Of a stretch of DNA of 64,000 nt, positions 55,037 through 64,000 are shown piece by piece. The stretch comes from Rhodospirillales bacterium (GTDB lineage: Bacteria > Pseudomonadota > Alphaproteobacteria > Rhodospirillales > Casp-alpha2): contig OZ253533.1 of assembly GCA_965262415.1 (NCBI GenBank), forward strand, positions 1,131,222 through 1,195,221, in the 5' to 3' direction. Position numbers and translations under genes: made by a program. The notes beneath the pieces were generated by a model, which was not told the DNA's origin, ran no database searches, and worked only from the letters and a program-made list of their open reading frames with translations. Numbering within the stretch: position 1 is the first letter of the stretch; every line of letters starts with the position of its first letter.

Positions 55037-56167
55037 CTAGATGGCGACAAGCAGCGCCGCCAGCACGCCGAGCCAGTAGTGCAGTACCGTTACCCCGATC
55101 AGGTTCTTCTGGCGTAGATAGACGTAGCCAAAGACGATGCTGGCGAAAAAGGTGATCACCACGGCATCGATGCCGAACGTGATATGCAGCGAGGCAAAGA
55201 CGACGCTCGTCATGAAAATCGCGCGGTGGCCCTTGGTATCGTTCAGGAACTTCTGGAACAGCCCCTGCAACAGGCCGCGCGATCCGACCTCCTGAAACAG
55301 GGAATGTGCGAGGTACTGGACGAGAAAAAGTCCGTCGACCGTCACCCCTGTGCTGCCGCCTGCCGGCGTTTCCCTGAAGCCGAACATGTAAACGGCAGCC
55401 GGTATCGTGATGACGATGCAGATGATGATCGATTCAACAAGCGCGCGCCAAAATCCCTCCCGCTTGATGCCAAGATCCGCCAGCGGAATCTTCATCAACT
55501 TGATAATCAGAAGGCACGGCACCGCCAGGAAAAAGACCGTCTGCCACGAGAACCCGGGATCGTAGACATCCTGCACGTAATCTTCGGCGACGAGATAGAA
55601 CAGCATCGTCGAAATCAGGAAAATCGAGATCGTAAACAGCAGGAAGTGCCCGAACTGCTGCTGCGTCTTGGCGTCTTCCAGCTGACGCTTGAGGGCGGCA
55701 ATCTGTTTCTCGGTACTGACCCGCATCCGCTCAACGACGGTAATGCCGATGCTGGCCCGCAGATTGTCGTAGAAATGGTCGCCATTCTCGAGCGCCAGAA
55801 GATCGAAAGGATGAACCTTCAGAAGCGTGCCGTCCGTGTCCGCGCGCACGCTGATCTGCCGTGGTCCACCGTCGAGAAACGATACCTCGCCCAGAACGTC
55901 ACCCGGGCCCAGCCGCGCCACCTGCCATTCAACCTCGTCCCCGTGACCGGCACGAAAGCCGATGACGTGCCCCTCTTCGATCAGATAGAAATCGTTGGTT
56001 TGATCCCCTTCCGCGAAAATAAGATCGCCCGCCTTGAAGGAAACCTTCTCGGCGATAGACAGCATGGCGTCCCGGGTATCCGGCGCCAGCATACGCAGGC
56101 CTTTCTTCTGCCCGCGTTTCACCGCGGCCTCTTCGCCGGCTTGTTGCGTGGATGCTTCGTCCGCCAT
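55037..56167 (-). CDS. Cyclic-nucleotide-binding domain fused to a CPBP (CAAX/Abi) intramembrane protease domain
   Basis: cNMP motif GEVSFLDGGPRQISVRA. CPBP motifs QEVGSRG, FASLH and VLHYWLG. Start at MADEAS (GGGAGGA upstream). Confidence 0.8.
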   Translation of the reverse strand: MADEASTQQAGEEAAVKRGQKKGLRMLAPDTRDAMLSIAEKVSFKAGDLIFAEGDQTNDFYLIEEGHVIGFRAGHGDEVEWQVARLGPGDVLGEVSFLDGGPRQISVRADTDGTLLKVHPFDLLALENGDHFYDNLRASIGITVVERMRVSTEKQIAALKRQLEDAKTQQQFGHFLLFTISIFLISTMLFYLVAEDYVQDVYDPGFSWQTVFFLAVPCLLIIKLMKIPLADLGIKREGFWRALVESIIICIVITIPAAVYMFGFRETPAGGSTGVTVDGLFLVQYLAHSLFQEVGSRGLLQGLFQKFLNDTKGHRAIFMTSVVFASLHITFGIDAVVITFFASIVFGYVYLRQKNLIGVTVLHYWLGVLAALLVAI

Positions 56168-56374
56168 TGATCCTCCCGCCGTCATTCTGGCCTTTGGGGC
56201 AGGAAGTTTCCACACCCCCGTTGCGGCATCGACCAGCCGAAGATTCCAATGCCACACCTCACCGGTCCGGGACAGGTCCTTGATGGCCCCTCCCGTTGGA
56301 CGGGTGCGGTCTGCGAAGGTATTCTGGCGGCGAACGTCAACGACGACGCATGCAGACAGCAATCGGACACGGCA

Positions 56375-57901
56375 TTGAGCCAGAACCGCAACGTCTTAAT
56401 CATTAACGCCTACTTCAATCCGTGGCGCAAATCGACGCCGACTCGGTGGTTCATTCCGCGCGCGATGGCGCCCATTTACCTGGCCGGTCACTTCAACCGC
56501 GATAACGTCCAGGTCCGGGTATGGGACGAGGTATTCGACGGCACCCTGCTCGACCCGAAGCTGTTCGAATGGCCGGACCTGGTCGTGTTCACCGGACTGA
56601 CATCGGCATTCGACCGGACGCATCAGCTGTCCGCGTATTTCCGCCACGCCAATCCCACCGTCGTGACGGCGATCGGCGGCCCCATCGCACGTGCGCTGCC
56701 GGGCCTCTGTGCCGAGGTCTTCGACCATGTCAGTCAGGGCGATGTCGAGGACGTCTGCGACATCATTCGTGACGTGTTCGGTGCGGACTGCGTTTCCGAA
56801 ACCGGCGCGCCGCGGTTCGATCTTGCCCGGCCGTCGATGGGCGTGGGGTATCTGGAGACTACGAAGAACTGTAACTTCGCCTGTTCGTTCTGTTCGCTGA
56901 CCGGAGAGCAACGGGCGTACGTGCCGCACAGCGACCAGTCCATCCATCGGCAACTTGACGCCATGAAGAACGTGCTCGGCGTAATGGTGCTGGATAACAA
57001 TTTTTACGGCAGCAGCCGGGAAAGCTTTCACCACCGCGTCGAAATGATAGGCGAACGCTGGCGCCAGGGGCAGTTCCGCGGCTGGGGCGCGCTGGTGACG
57101 GGCGATTTCTTCCGGCATCCGGAAAACGTCGAGCTGATGGCGCGGAACGGATGCAAGGCGGTGTTCTCAGGTGTCGAGTCCCTTGACCCTGCCGTCCTGA
57201 AGACGTTCAACAAGAAGCAAAGCATCCTGTCCGATCCGCGCACGCTGACCCGCATCTGCGCCGAGCATGGCATGTTTTTCGACTACGGCATGATTGCGGA
57301 TTTTTCGCAGCAGACGGTGTCCGAGGTGGGTGGCCAGCTGGATGCCGCGCTGCACGACCACACGATTCCGCTGCCGAGCCTGCTGACCCTGACCATCCCG
57401 ATCGTCGGCACCCCCTACTTTGACGCCGCCGCCGGCGCCGGGCGGCTGATGCCCGATCTCTGCCTGAGCGATCTGGACGGTCAGAAGGTCGTCGAGTGGC
57501 CGAAGGAGCCGCTCGAAAAAGTGGTGCCGTTCGTCGCCGATCTTCTGCGGTTTCGCGGACGCAAGGCGGCCCTTGCGCGCCACGCATTCAAGCATGCTTG
57601 GCACTGGCGCCGGCACTTCGACTGGGACCAGACGGCGCTGGCACTGGTGCGGCCGCTGCACCGCTTCGGCGGCAGCATCAATATCAACGTCGGCAGTGTC
57701 CGCCAGATGCGTCAGGGCTTGCTGGAACCGCCGCTGACCTATTGCGCCATGACAGACGAACTGCGCTCGGCCTATACGCCACGGGTACGGCTGCCGTCGA
57801 AATTCGAGAAATGCTTTAATCCGCTCCGGGTCACCGATGCCGACGGCGCGCTCACGGATGCGCTCCTCAAGGCCCGTTCAATGCCGCCGGCCGCCGCCTG
57901 A
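56375..57901 (+). CDS. Radical SAM protein with N-terminal B12-binding-like Rossmann module
   Basis: NVLIINAYFNPW ... LVVFTGLTS, then TKNCNFACSFCS (CX3CX2C). The ORF opens at 56249. The TTG at 56375 is my preferred start, but it is uncertain. Confidence 0.72.
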   Translation: MSQNRNVLIINAYFNPWRKSTPTRWFIPRAMAPIYLAGHFNRDNVQVRVWDEVFDGTLLDPKLFEWPDLVVFTGLTSAFDRTHQLSAYFRHANPTVVTAIGGPIARALPGLCAEVFDHVSQGDVEDVCDIIRDVFGADCVSETGAPRFDLARPSMGVGYLETTKNCNFACSFCSLTGEQRAYVPHSDQSIHRQLDAMKNVLGVMVLDNNFYGSSRESFHHRVEMIGERWRQGQFRGWGALVTGDFFRHPENVELMARNGCKAVFSGVESLDPAVLKTFNKKQSILSDPRTLTRICAEHGMFFDYGMIADFSQQTVSEVGGQLDAALHDHTIPLPSLLTLTIPIVGTPYFDAAAGAGRLMPDLCLSDLDGQKVVEWPKEPLEKVVPFVADLLRFRGRKAALARHAFKHAWHWRRHFDWDQTALALVRPLHRFGGSININVGSVRQMRQGLLEPPLTYCAMTDELRSAYTPRVRLPSKFEKCFNPLRVTDADGALTDALLKARSMPPAAA

Positions 57902-58933
57902 CCCGTCCTGTGCGCGCCGGTATGTCGCTTCCGCTTCGATGGCGTTGTCGAGGAACTGCCGTGCGCACGCTTCCCAACTGTAGCGCTCGGCCCATGCCCG
58001 GCAGCGTTCGCGCGGAATATCGAGCGCATCCAGCGCGGCCTGGCGCAGATCGCCGGACAGAACCCCTGCATTGCCGTCGCCCAGCACATCACGCGGCCCC
58101 ATGACCGGAAACGCGGCAACAGGCACGCCGCACGCCAGCGCCTCAAGAACGACGAGCCCGAATGTATCAGTCAGGGACGGAAAAACGAAGGCATCGGCGC
58201 TGCAGAAATGCCGGACCAAGTCATCGCCGGTCTTCGCGCCGGTGAAAAGGACGCCAGGGTATTCCCGCCGCAGGCTCGCAAGCTGCGGACCGTCGCCGAC
58301 GACGACTTTCGAACCGGGTAGATCCAGATCGAGAAACGCCTTCAGGTTCTTCTCGATCGCGATACGCCCGACGTTCATGAAAACCGGCCGTGGCAGATCC
58401 GGCGGCAGCACCGACCCTTCCACCGGGCGAAACAGATCGGCGTCGACACCGCGCGACCAGATCTTGAGATTGCGGAAGCCCCGGGCGGCGAGGTCACGCT
58501 TGAGAGTCTCGGTCGCCACCATGCAGCCGTTGCCGGAATTGTGGAAGCGCCGGAACCAGGCGTAGAACCAGCTTATCGGCAACGGACAGCGGGCGACGGC
58601 ATACTCCGGAAACCGCGAGTGATAGCCCGTCGTGAAGGGCATGCCGATGCGCCGGGCCGCGGCGCCGGCGAGCAGGCCGAGCGGCCCTTCGGTGGCGATA
58701 TGAAGGTGCTCGCACCCATGATCGAGAATGTGTTTCATAACGGTGCCGCGACGCGTCAGCGAAAGACGGATTTCCGGATATGTCGGACACGGCACGGTCA
58801 TAAACGCGTCAGGCGACAGGATCTCGACCCGGACCCCCATTTTTTCAAGTTCGTTGACGGTGCTTTCCAAGGAGCGGACAACGCCGTTGATCTGCGGCCG
58901 CCAGGCGTCCGTGACGATCAGCATCGAGGTCAT
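57878..58933 (-). CDS. GT4-family glycosyltransferase (Agt-like glycolipid synthase context)
   Basis: LIVTDAWRPQINGVVRS N-terminus and the EX7E region FPSLTDTFGLVVLEALACGVPV. Sits 15 nt downstream of the PlcP-like gene. Confidence 0.85.
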   Translation of the reverse strand: MTSMLIVTDAWRPQINGVVRSLESTVNELEKMGVRVEILSPDAFMTVPCPTYPEIRLSLTRRGTVMKHILDHGCEHLHIATEGPLGLLAGAAARRIGMPFTTGYHSRFPEYAVARCPLPISWFYAWFRRFHNSGNGCMVATETLKRDLAARGFRNLKIWSRGVDADLFRPVEGSVLPPDLPRPVFMNVGRIAIEKNLKAFLDLDLPGSKVVVGDGPQLASLRREYPGVLFTGAKTGDDLVRHFCSADAFVFPSLTDTFGLVVLEALACGVPVAAFPVMGPRDVLGDGNAGVLSGDLRQAALDALDIPRERCRAWAERYSWEACARQFLDNAIEAEATYRRAQDGSGGGRRH

Positions 58934-58948
58934 ATCTTCCCCGGTTGC

Positions 58949-59767
58949 CTAGCGTGTGCGTTCATCGAAAGCCGGCGCCGCCCGAATTGCCGCATGGCGG
59001 GTGCGCGCGTGCGTCAGTTCGGTCCAGAAGAGCACTTCCAGCGTACCGTCGTAATGCTCGACCACGGCCGAGCAGCTTTCCACCCAATCACCCGAGTTCA
59101 CATAGTGAATACCGTTCATGTCGCGGCTTTCCGCATGATGGATGTGGCCGCAGATGACGCCGTGAACATCCCGGCGCTGGACTTCGTCTGCGACAACGAT
59201 CTCATAGCGCCCGATGATGTTAATGAAGCTTTTGACGTGCCGCTTCGCAAACGCGCCGAGCGACCAGTACCCCAGACCCAAACTCTTGCGTACGAGGTTC
59301 AGCCAGGTATTGGAGGTCAGGCAGATCTCGTAGAACCAGTCGCCGAGATACGCCATCCATTTCGCGTTCTGCAAAACCACATCGAACTGATCGCCATGAA
59401 TGACGAGGTACCTGCGGCCGGCCGCCGTTTCATGAACGACTTCTTCGGACACGTGGATGTTTTCGGCGACCTGACCGGCAAAATCGTGGGCGAATTCATC
59501 GTGGTTACCGGGAATGTAGAAGACTTCAGTGCCGGTGCGGCTTTTCCCGAGCACGGCATCGACGACGCTTTCGTGTGCATCGGGCCAGTACCAGGTCCGC
59601 TCGAGACGCCAGCCATCGATGATATCGCCGATCAGGTACATCCGTTCGCAGTCGTGCGCGTCCAGAAAATCGACAAGCAGTTCGGCCTGGCAGTGCCGCG
59701 TCCCGAGATGGATGTCGGAAAGAAAGACGGACCTGACTTTCCTCTTTGCGGGCCGCGGCATGTTCAT
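58949..59767 (-). CDS. LpxH/PlcP-like metallophosphoesterase
   Basis: SDIHLG, GDIIDGW, GNHDEF, HGD and GHIH metal motifs. WYWPDAHESVVDAV block. Confidence 0.82.
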   Translation of the reverse strand: MNMPRPAKRKVRSVFLSDIHLGTRHCQAELLVDFLDAHDCERMYLIGDIIDGWRLERTWYWPDAHESVVDAVLGKSRTGTEVFYIPGNHDEFAHDFAGQVAENIHVSEEVVHETAAGRRYLVIHGDQFDVVLQNAKWMAYLGDWFYEICLTSNTWLNLVRKSLGLGYWSLGAFAKRHVKSFINIIGRYEIVVADEVQRRDVHGVICGHIHHAESRDMNGIHYVNSGDWVESCSAVVEHYDGTLEVLFWTELTHARTRHAAIRAAPAFDERTR

Positions 59768-59890
59768 CTGCTGGTGGGCCGGTCCATTGTTGAGGGAGGT
59801 TTTGAAGAGCCTGCCCTGCCCGACCGCAGGATGCCAGCTTAAAGTTGCAGAACAGGGGCGTCCACATCCGCAACGCGGCCACGGCGTGGA

Positions 59891-60145
59891 TCAGCGCAAA
59901 CTCGACAGGTTGGCGATCAGTGCCGTTTCCTTCCGCCGCAGTTCCTCGGCGATCTTGTGCGCCAGATCCTGATCGGCGCTGCAACAGATATTGACGGCTT
60001 CGATGCAGCGTTCGTTTGTGCTGCGGATGGACTGTTCAAGCGCCGCCTCGATAATTTGCGAGACGTCGGCCAACCGGTCCGTTCCGTGCCCCAGCTTCTC
60101 AAGAACGTCCCGTGCCGTATCGTCCGCCAGCTCGTGCAATGACAT
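59891..60145 (-). CDS. Hypothetical 84-aa protein
   Basis: Isolated ORF predicted to be helical. No known motif. Confidence 0.45.
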   Translation of the reverse strand: MSLHELADDTARDVLEKLGHGTDRLADVSQIIEAALEQSIRSTNERCIEAVNICCSADQDLAHKIAEELRRKETALIANLSSLR

Positions 60146-60350
60146 TGTCGATCTCCCTACATTTTGAATGGTTAATGTATGCTGGTTTTGGTAGAATTCA
60201 ACACCTCACGCCTGTAATATTCTGAAACCGGCGGCAGTTCTGCGGTCATCCCTCATTCTCATTAGAAGACTATTCTGTTAGCATCCGGGCCAGGTATTGG
60301 GGGACACGGGGAAAAAGACCGGTCTACTGGTTTGGACAATTGGAAGGTTC

Positions 60351-61640
60351 ATGTCGGACGAACACATCAACATCATCAATGATGCGCTTCCCGCTCACCC
60401 GGGAAGCATCCTTCAGCCTTGGAAAATCCTGATCGTCGACGACGACGAATCTGTCCATCAGGCAACCAGGTTCGCGCTCGAAGATTTCGACTTCGAAGGA
60501 AGACCGCTGAATATCCTGAGCGCACACTCTGCTGCCGAAGCGCAGAATGTTATCGCCCTTGAAGAGGATATCGCCGTCATTCTGCTGGATGTCGTGATGG
60601 AACAGGAAACCATTGGGCTGGATCTCGTCCATTGGATACGGAATGAACAGAAAGACGACATGATGCGTATCGTGCTGCGCACCGGCCAACCCGGGTTCGC
60701 CCCCGAACTGAACGTCGTTCGCGACTATGATATCAACGACTACAAGGAAAAGAGCCAGATGACCGCCGCCAAGCTGGCGACGACGGTCTATTCGGCCCTT
60801 CGGTCGTACCGCGACCTCCACCGGCTTGCAGATCAGGCCATACGATTGAAGGACGCGCTGATGTCAGCGGAGACCGCTAACCGGGCCAAGGACAAGTTCA
60901 TTACCCACATGAGCCACGAATTCAGGACCCCTTTGAATGGAATCATCGGGCTTTCCGAAATGATCGCGAACGAGACGCTTGGGCCGCTCGGCAACAGCAA
61001 ATACAAGGAATATGCGTGGGATATCGTTGATTCGGGCCGCCAGTTGCAAAGAATGGTGGAAAGCGTGCTGGAATTCTCTGAAGAAGGAGAATTCGAGACG
61101 CTGGACATCGCCGAGTTCGATCTTCGTGAGTTGATCGACGAGTTGCCGGACCTCAGAAACAACGCGGAAGAACCGGAAAGAAAGAGAAACCGCATCCGCA
61201 TCAAAGAAAACCCGGCCAGGGAAGACAAACGTCTCATGCTCAACGCGGACCGCAACGCTGTCACCGCAATGTTGACGAACCTGATCTCAAACGCGCTGAA
61301 GCACAATCCGCCCAATTGCAACGTCCGCGTGACGGCAAAGCAGCTGGAACGCGGCGGGTTGCTGCTCACGGTGGCTGACGATGGCCGCGGGATCAGTCCC
61401 GAAGTGGTGCAGAACCTAGGGAAGCCCTTCAACATAGACGGCGACCCGCTGCTGTCCGGGAAAGGCGGGCTCGGTCTCGGTCTGGTTGCGACCAAGGCAC
61501 TCATCGAAAAACACGGCGGCGCGATGACGATTGCGTCCAATGCAATGTCCGGGACCAAGGTTTACTTGCGCTTCCCGGAAGGGAGTGTTGCAGAACATGA
61601 CCCCAAACGAAGAAAACGTGACGTCGATCCACCGAATTGA
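60351..61640 (+). CDS. Hybrid receiver-histidine kinase (REC N-terminal, HisKA and HATPase C-terminal)
   Basis: ILIVDDDESVH ... ILLDVVME receiver. H-box HMSHEFRTPLNGIIG. N and G boxes LISNALKHN, DDGRGIS, GLGLGLV. Start at MSDEHI (GGAAGG upstream). Confidence 0.85.
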   Translation: MSDEHINIINDALPAHPGSILQPWKILIVDDDESVHQATRFALEDFDFEGRPLNILSAHSAAEAQNVIALEEDIAVILLDVVMEQETIGLDLVHWIRNEQKDDMMRIVLRTGQPGFAPELNVVRDYDINDYKEKSQMTAAKLATTVYSALRSYRDLHRLADQAIRLKDALMSAETANRAKDKFITHMSHEFRTPLNGIIGLSEMIANETLGPLGNSKYKEYAWDIVDSGRQLQRMVESVLEFSEEGEFETLDIAEFDLRELIDELPDLRNNAEEPERKRNRIRIKENPAREDKRLMLNADRNAVTAMLTNLISNALKHNPPNCNVRVTAKQLERGGLLLTVADDGRGISPEVVQNLGKPFNIDGDPLLSGKGGLGLGLVATKALIEKHGGAMTIASNAMSGTKVYLRFPEGSVAEHDPKRRKRDVDPPN

Positions 61641-62790
61641 CGTCGATCCGGCAAGAGGGCTTCTGCACCGTTTCAAGCCGGCTGCCCGTTGCCTTAGGTC
61701 TATTGCCCTTGTCCTGTTCACTCAGGCCTTTCTGGTCGCCTGTGACGACGCCACACCGGTCAAGATCGGTTTCATCGGCGGACTGAGTGGCCCATCCGCC
61801 GATATCGGCGAGGCCTCCAGGAACGCGGTGCAAATGGCCGTGGAAAACCTGAACAAAGCCGGCGGCTTTGATGGCCGGATGGTCGAAGTCCTGATCCGCG
61901 ACGACGAGAACAGTCCCCAGGTTGCCGCCGAGGCCGTGCGCAATCTTCACGCGGCCGGGGTTTCCGCGATCATCGGCCCAAACAACAGCTCCATTGCCGA
62001 AGGCATGTTGCCCGTCCTGAACGAACTGAAGGTGGTCACCGTTTCACCGACCGTGTCCTCGTTGGTGTTTGCCGATCTGGATGACTATTTTTTCCGTATC
62101 AACTGGACAACCAGACACAACGCGCGGATTTACGCGAAGCATTATGCGGACGCGGGCCTGCGCCGAGTTGCCGCGGCGGTCGACGCGAACAACAGGGTTT
62201 TTTCGGAAAGCTGGCTGAAAGAATTTTCCGACGCCTTCAAGGCGGAGGGAGGTGAAGTCGTCACCAGCGACAGTTTCGACAGGACTTCCGACCGGGGCTA
62301 TTCCGACACGGCACGATTACTTCTGGGGCGGGATGCCGAGGCGATTCTGATGGTCGCAAACGGCGTCGATACGGCACAGCTTTCTCAACAGATCCGGAAA
62401 CTGGACAAGGACATCCTTCTGATCGCTGCCGAATGGGCAGCGTCGGAAAAGTTGCTCAATCTCGGCGGCAGCGCGATTGAAGGTCTGGAAGTGGTGCAAT
62501 CCTATGACCGTAACGATCAATCCCCGGGCTATCTGAAGTTCCGAAAGGCCTATCTTGAACAATTTCAACAGGAGCCCGGATATTCCAGCATTGCCGCGTA
62601 CGACGCGGCGACAATGCTCTTTGCGGGCATGATGGCGACGAACGGTGAGGCTGAGGGTCTTCGTAAAGCCCTTCCCGCGCTCGATGAAATTGCCGGCCTT
62701 CAGCAACCGCTGAAATTCAACGCGTTTGGAGACGCGAAGCGCCAGGCGTTCTTCGTCGTCGTCAAGGACGGGAAGTTCCAGCCTCTATGA
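61597..62790 (+). CDS. Periplasmic LivK/Amide-type (PBP type 1) solute-binding lipoprotein
   Basis: Lipobox FLVAC, then VKIGFIGGLSGPSADIGEASRNAVQMAVENLN. The start choice is uncertain and overlaps the upstream gene. Confidence 0.78.
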   Translation: MTPNEENVTSIHRIDVDPARGLLHRFKPAARCLRSIALVLFTQAFLVACDDATPVKIGFIGGLSGPSADIGEASRNAVQMAVENLNKAGGFDGRMVEVLIRDDENSPQVAAEAVRNLHAAGVSAIIGPNNSSIAEGMLPVLNELKVVTVSPTVSSLVFADLDDYFFRINWTTRHNARIYAKHYADAGLRRVAAAVDANNRVFSESWLKEFSDAFKAEGGEVVTSDSFDRTSDRGYSDTARLLLGRDAEAILMVANGVDTAQLSQQIRKLDKDILLIAAEWAASEKLLNLGGSAIEGLEVVQSYDRNDQSPGYLKFRKAYLEQFQQEPGYSSIAAYDAATMLFAGMMATNGEAEGLRKALPALDEIAGLQQPLKFNAFGDAKRQAFFVVVKDGKFQPL

Positions 62791-64000
62791 TCGGCTTGGG
62801 TGCCCTCAGACTCCGAACGTCCGTCGTCCTTCTCCTTGTTGGTACATTTCTTCTGACATTGCTTGTCGTCGGTTCGGCAATCATTGCAGCCATGTCCAAG
62901 AACATCAGCGATGAAAGCCAGGCGGATGTCGTTTTTGCGGCAACTGAAATCTCCACCCGTATCGAACGGCATCTGGACGAGATCGAGGCCCGGGTTCGCC
63001 TCGTGACGCGGATTCCCATCATGAGTGTTATAGACGACCTGAAGTTGGCACTCGAAAACGCGCGCGGCCCCAGTCTTGCTGCGGTTTACGTCATTGATGG
63101 CGAGGGAAAACTAGTTGCGGCCAGTATCAGGGATCTGAGCGATGAACGTCTGGACGAGCTGACCGGGATCGACCTTTCGACGTATCTGGCAAACAGTCTT
63201 TCGTTGGGCGAAGGCAAAATCCGGTGGAGTGACAAGCATATTTCCGCTGTTACCGGAACCGTCACGGTCGGCCTTGCCATACCGTTGGACGGGGCCGGCG
63301 CCGTCATTGCCGAGCTCCCGCTTGAAGAACTCATCGCAATCAGCAATCTCACGGGCCAGAGAGGCAGCCTCGACTACTGGATCGTCGACCGGAAAGGCGA
63401 AGTCGTCGCGGACACCGACCCGAGGCAGTTCGAGCAGATCAATTTATCCACGCTACCCATTATCAAGGCCGCGTTTACCGGCCAGGCTCTGCCGGAAACA
63501 ATGACGCTGGCCGGGAAGAAGTTCCACGTGTCGGCGGCCTATTCTGATACCGTGGGCTGGCTTTTCGTGAGCCGGATTCCGGCAGGACTGCAGAACCCGC
63601 GACTGCGACAGGTTGTCATCGTCGTCGTGCTGCTCCTTGTCGGGTCGGTCTTGACGGGTCTTTTACTATCCCCTTTTTGGTCCATGCGGATTGTCCGGCC
63701 ATTGAGGGAAGTCGCCTATAGTGCGCACAGAATTGCATCCGGCGATATTCCCCGGACCTGGCCCAGAAGCGATATCATCGAGCTGAATATTCTTTCCGAC
63801 GACCTAAGCGCCATGGCCGAGGCCATCGCACGGCGCGAAGACGATCTCAGAAAACTGAATGAAGACCTCGAGGGACGCGTCCTGGAACGTACGGCGGAGT
63901 TCAAGCGAGCCAATACGGAACTGCAGACTGCGCTGGATACACTGAATCAGGCCAAGGACGAATTGATCAGATCCGAGAAACTGGCGGCACTGGGCCGTCT
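62787..64000 (+). CDS. Sensor histidine kinase, Cache-like periplasmic domain plus HAMP (3' end outside the window)
   Basis: The open frame runs to the window edge, so it is absent from the ORF track. ATG overlaps the SBP stop (ATGA). TM, about 260 aa periplasmic, TM, HAMP (IVRPLREVAYSAHRIASGD), coiled coil, and SEKLAALGR at the start of the H-box. Confidence 0.8.
   Translation, partial: MIGLGALRLRTSVVLLLVGTFLLTLLVVGSAIIAAMSKNISDESQADVVFAATEISTRIERHLDEIEARVRLVTRIPIMSVIDDLKLALENARGPSLAAVYVIDGEGKLVAASIRDLSDERLDELTGIDLSTYLANSLSLGEGKIRWSDKHISAVTGTVTVGLAIPLDGAGAVIAELPLEELIAISNLTGQRGSLDYWIVDRKGEVVADTDPRQFEQINLSTLPIIKAAFTGQALPETMTLAGKKFHVSAAYSDTVGWLFVSRIPAGLQNPRLRQVVIVVVLLLVGSVLTGLLLSPFWSMRIVRPLREVAYSAHRIASGDIPRTWPRSDIIELNILSDDLSAMAEAIARREDDLRKLNEDLEGRVLERTAEFKRANTELQTALDTLNQAKDELIRSEKLAALGR

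Noticed and set aside
59768-59890. Pho box upstream of the PlcP-like gene
   Set aside because: I looked for tandem CTGTCAT-like repeats and found only weak partial matches (CTGTTCTGCAAC). None is reportable.

Overview
High-GC chromosomal segment. Gene content and order suggest an alphaproteobacterium, probably Rhodospirillales-like; this is inference, as no search was run. I support about 65 protein genes, one tRNA-Ser(UGA), several terminators, one sigma-54 promoter and at least three families of short palindromic intergenic repeats. There is no rRNA, CRISPR array, transposase or integrase.

Layout:
- 0.3-12.2 kb: minus-strand housekeeping block (mazG, MBL hydrolase, TatD, metG, holB, tmk, DD-carboxypeptidase, rlpA, lytic transglycosylase, YdcF-like, mlaA).
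- 12.3-14.0 kb: histidine kinase plus receiver pair. The kinase membrane domain matches the plant ETR1 ethylene-binding domain.
- 14.1-25.3 kb: tRNA-Ser, mixed metabolism, an arsR-arsC-aquaglyceroporin operon, and a frameshifted fused aconitase-family gene.
- 25.4-28.1 kb: a small-gene pair, then glnB-glnA behind a sigma-54 promoter.
- 28.1-30.4 kb: an AT-richer islet.
- 30.4-47.7 kb: MCP, parE, a RadD-like helicase bracketed by repeats, ELM1/TPR-sulfotransferase, pyrE, ubiX.
- 47.8-55.0 kb: the most interesting locus. It has four secreted DUF4402-type (SCPU/Csu-like) subunits, a PapD-like chaperone and a 1043-aa non-canonical usher-like protein. I read it as an uncharacterised chaperone-usher-like surface-fibre system.
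- 55.0-64.0 kb: cNMP-CPBP fusion, B12-like radical SAM, PlcP-Agt-like lipid-remodelling pair, and a kinase/binding-protein/kinase sensory module that runs off the window.

All family calls come from motifs read by eye in the supplied translations. No database, HMM or composition calculation was run.
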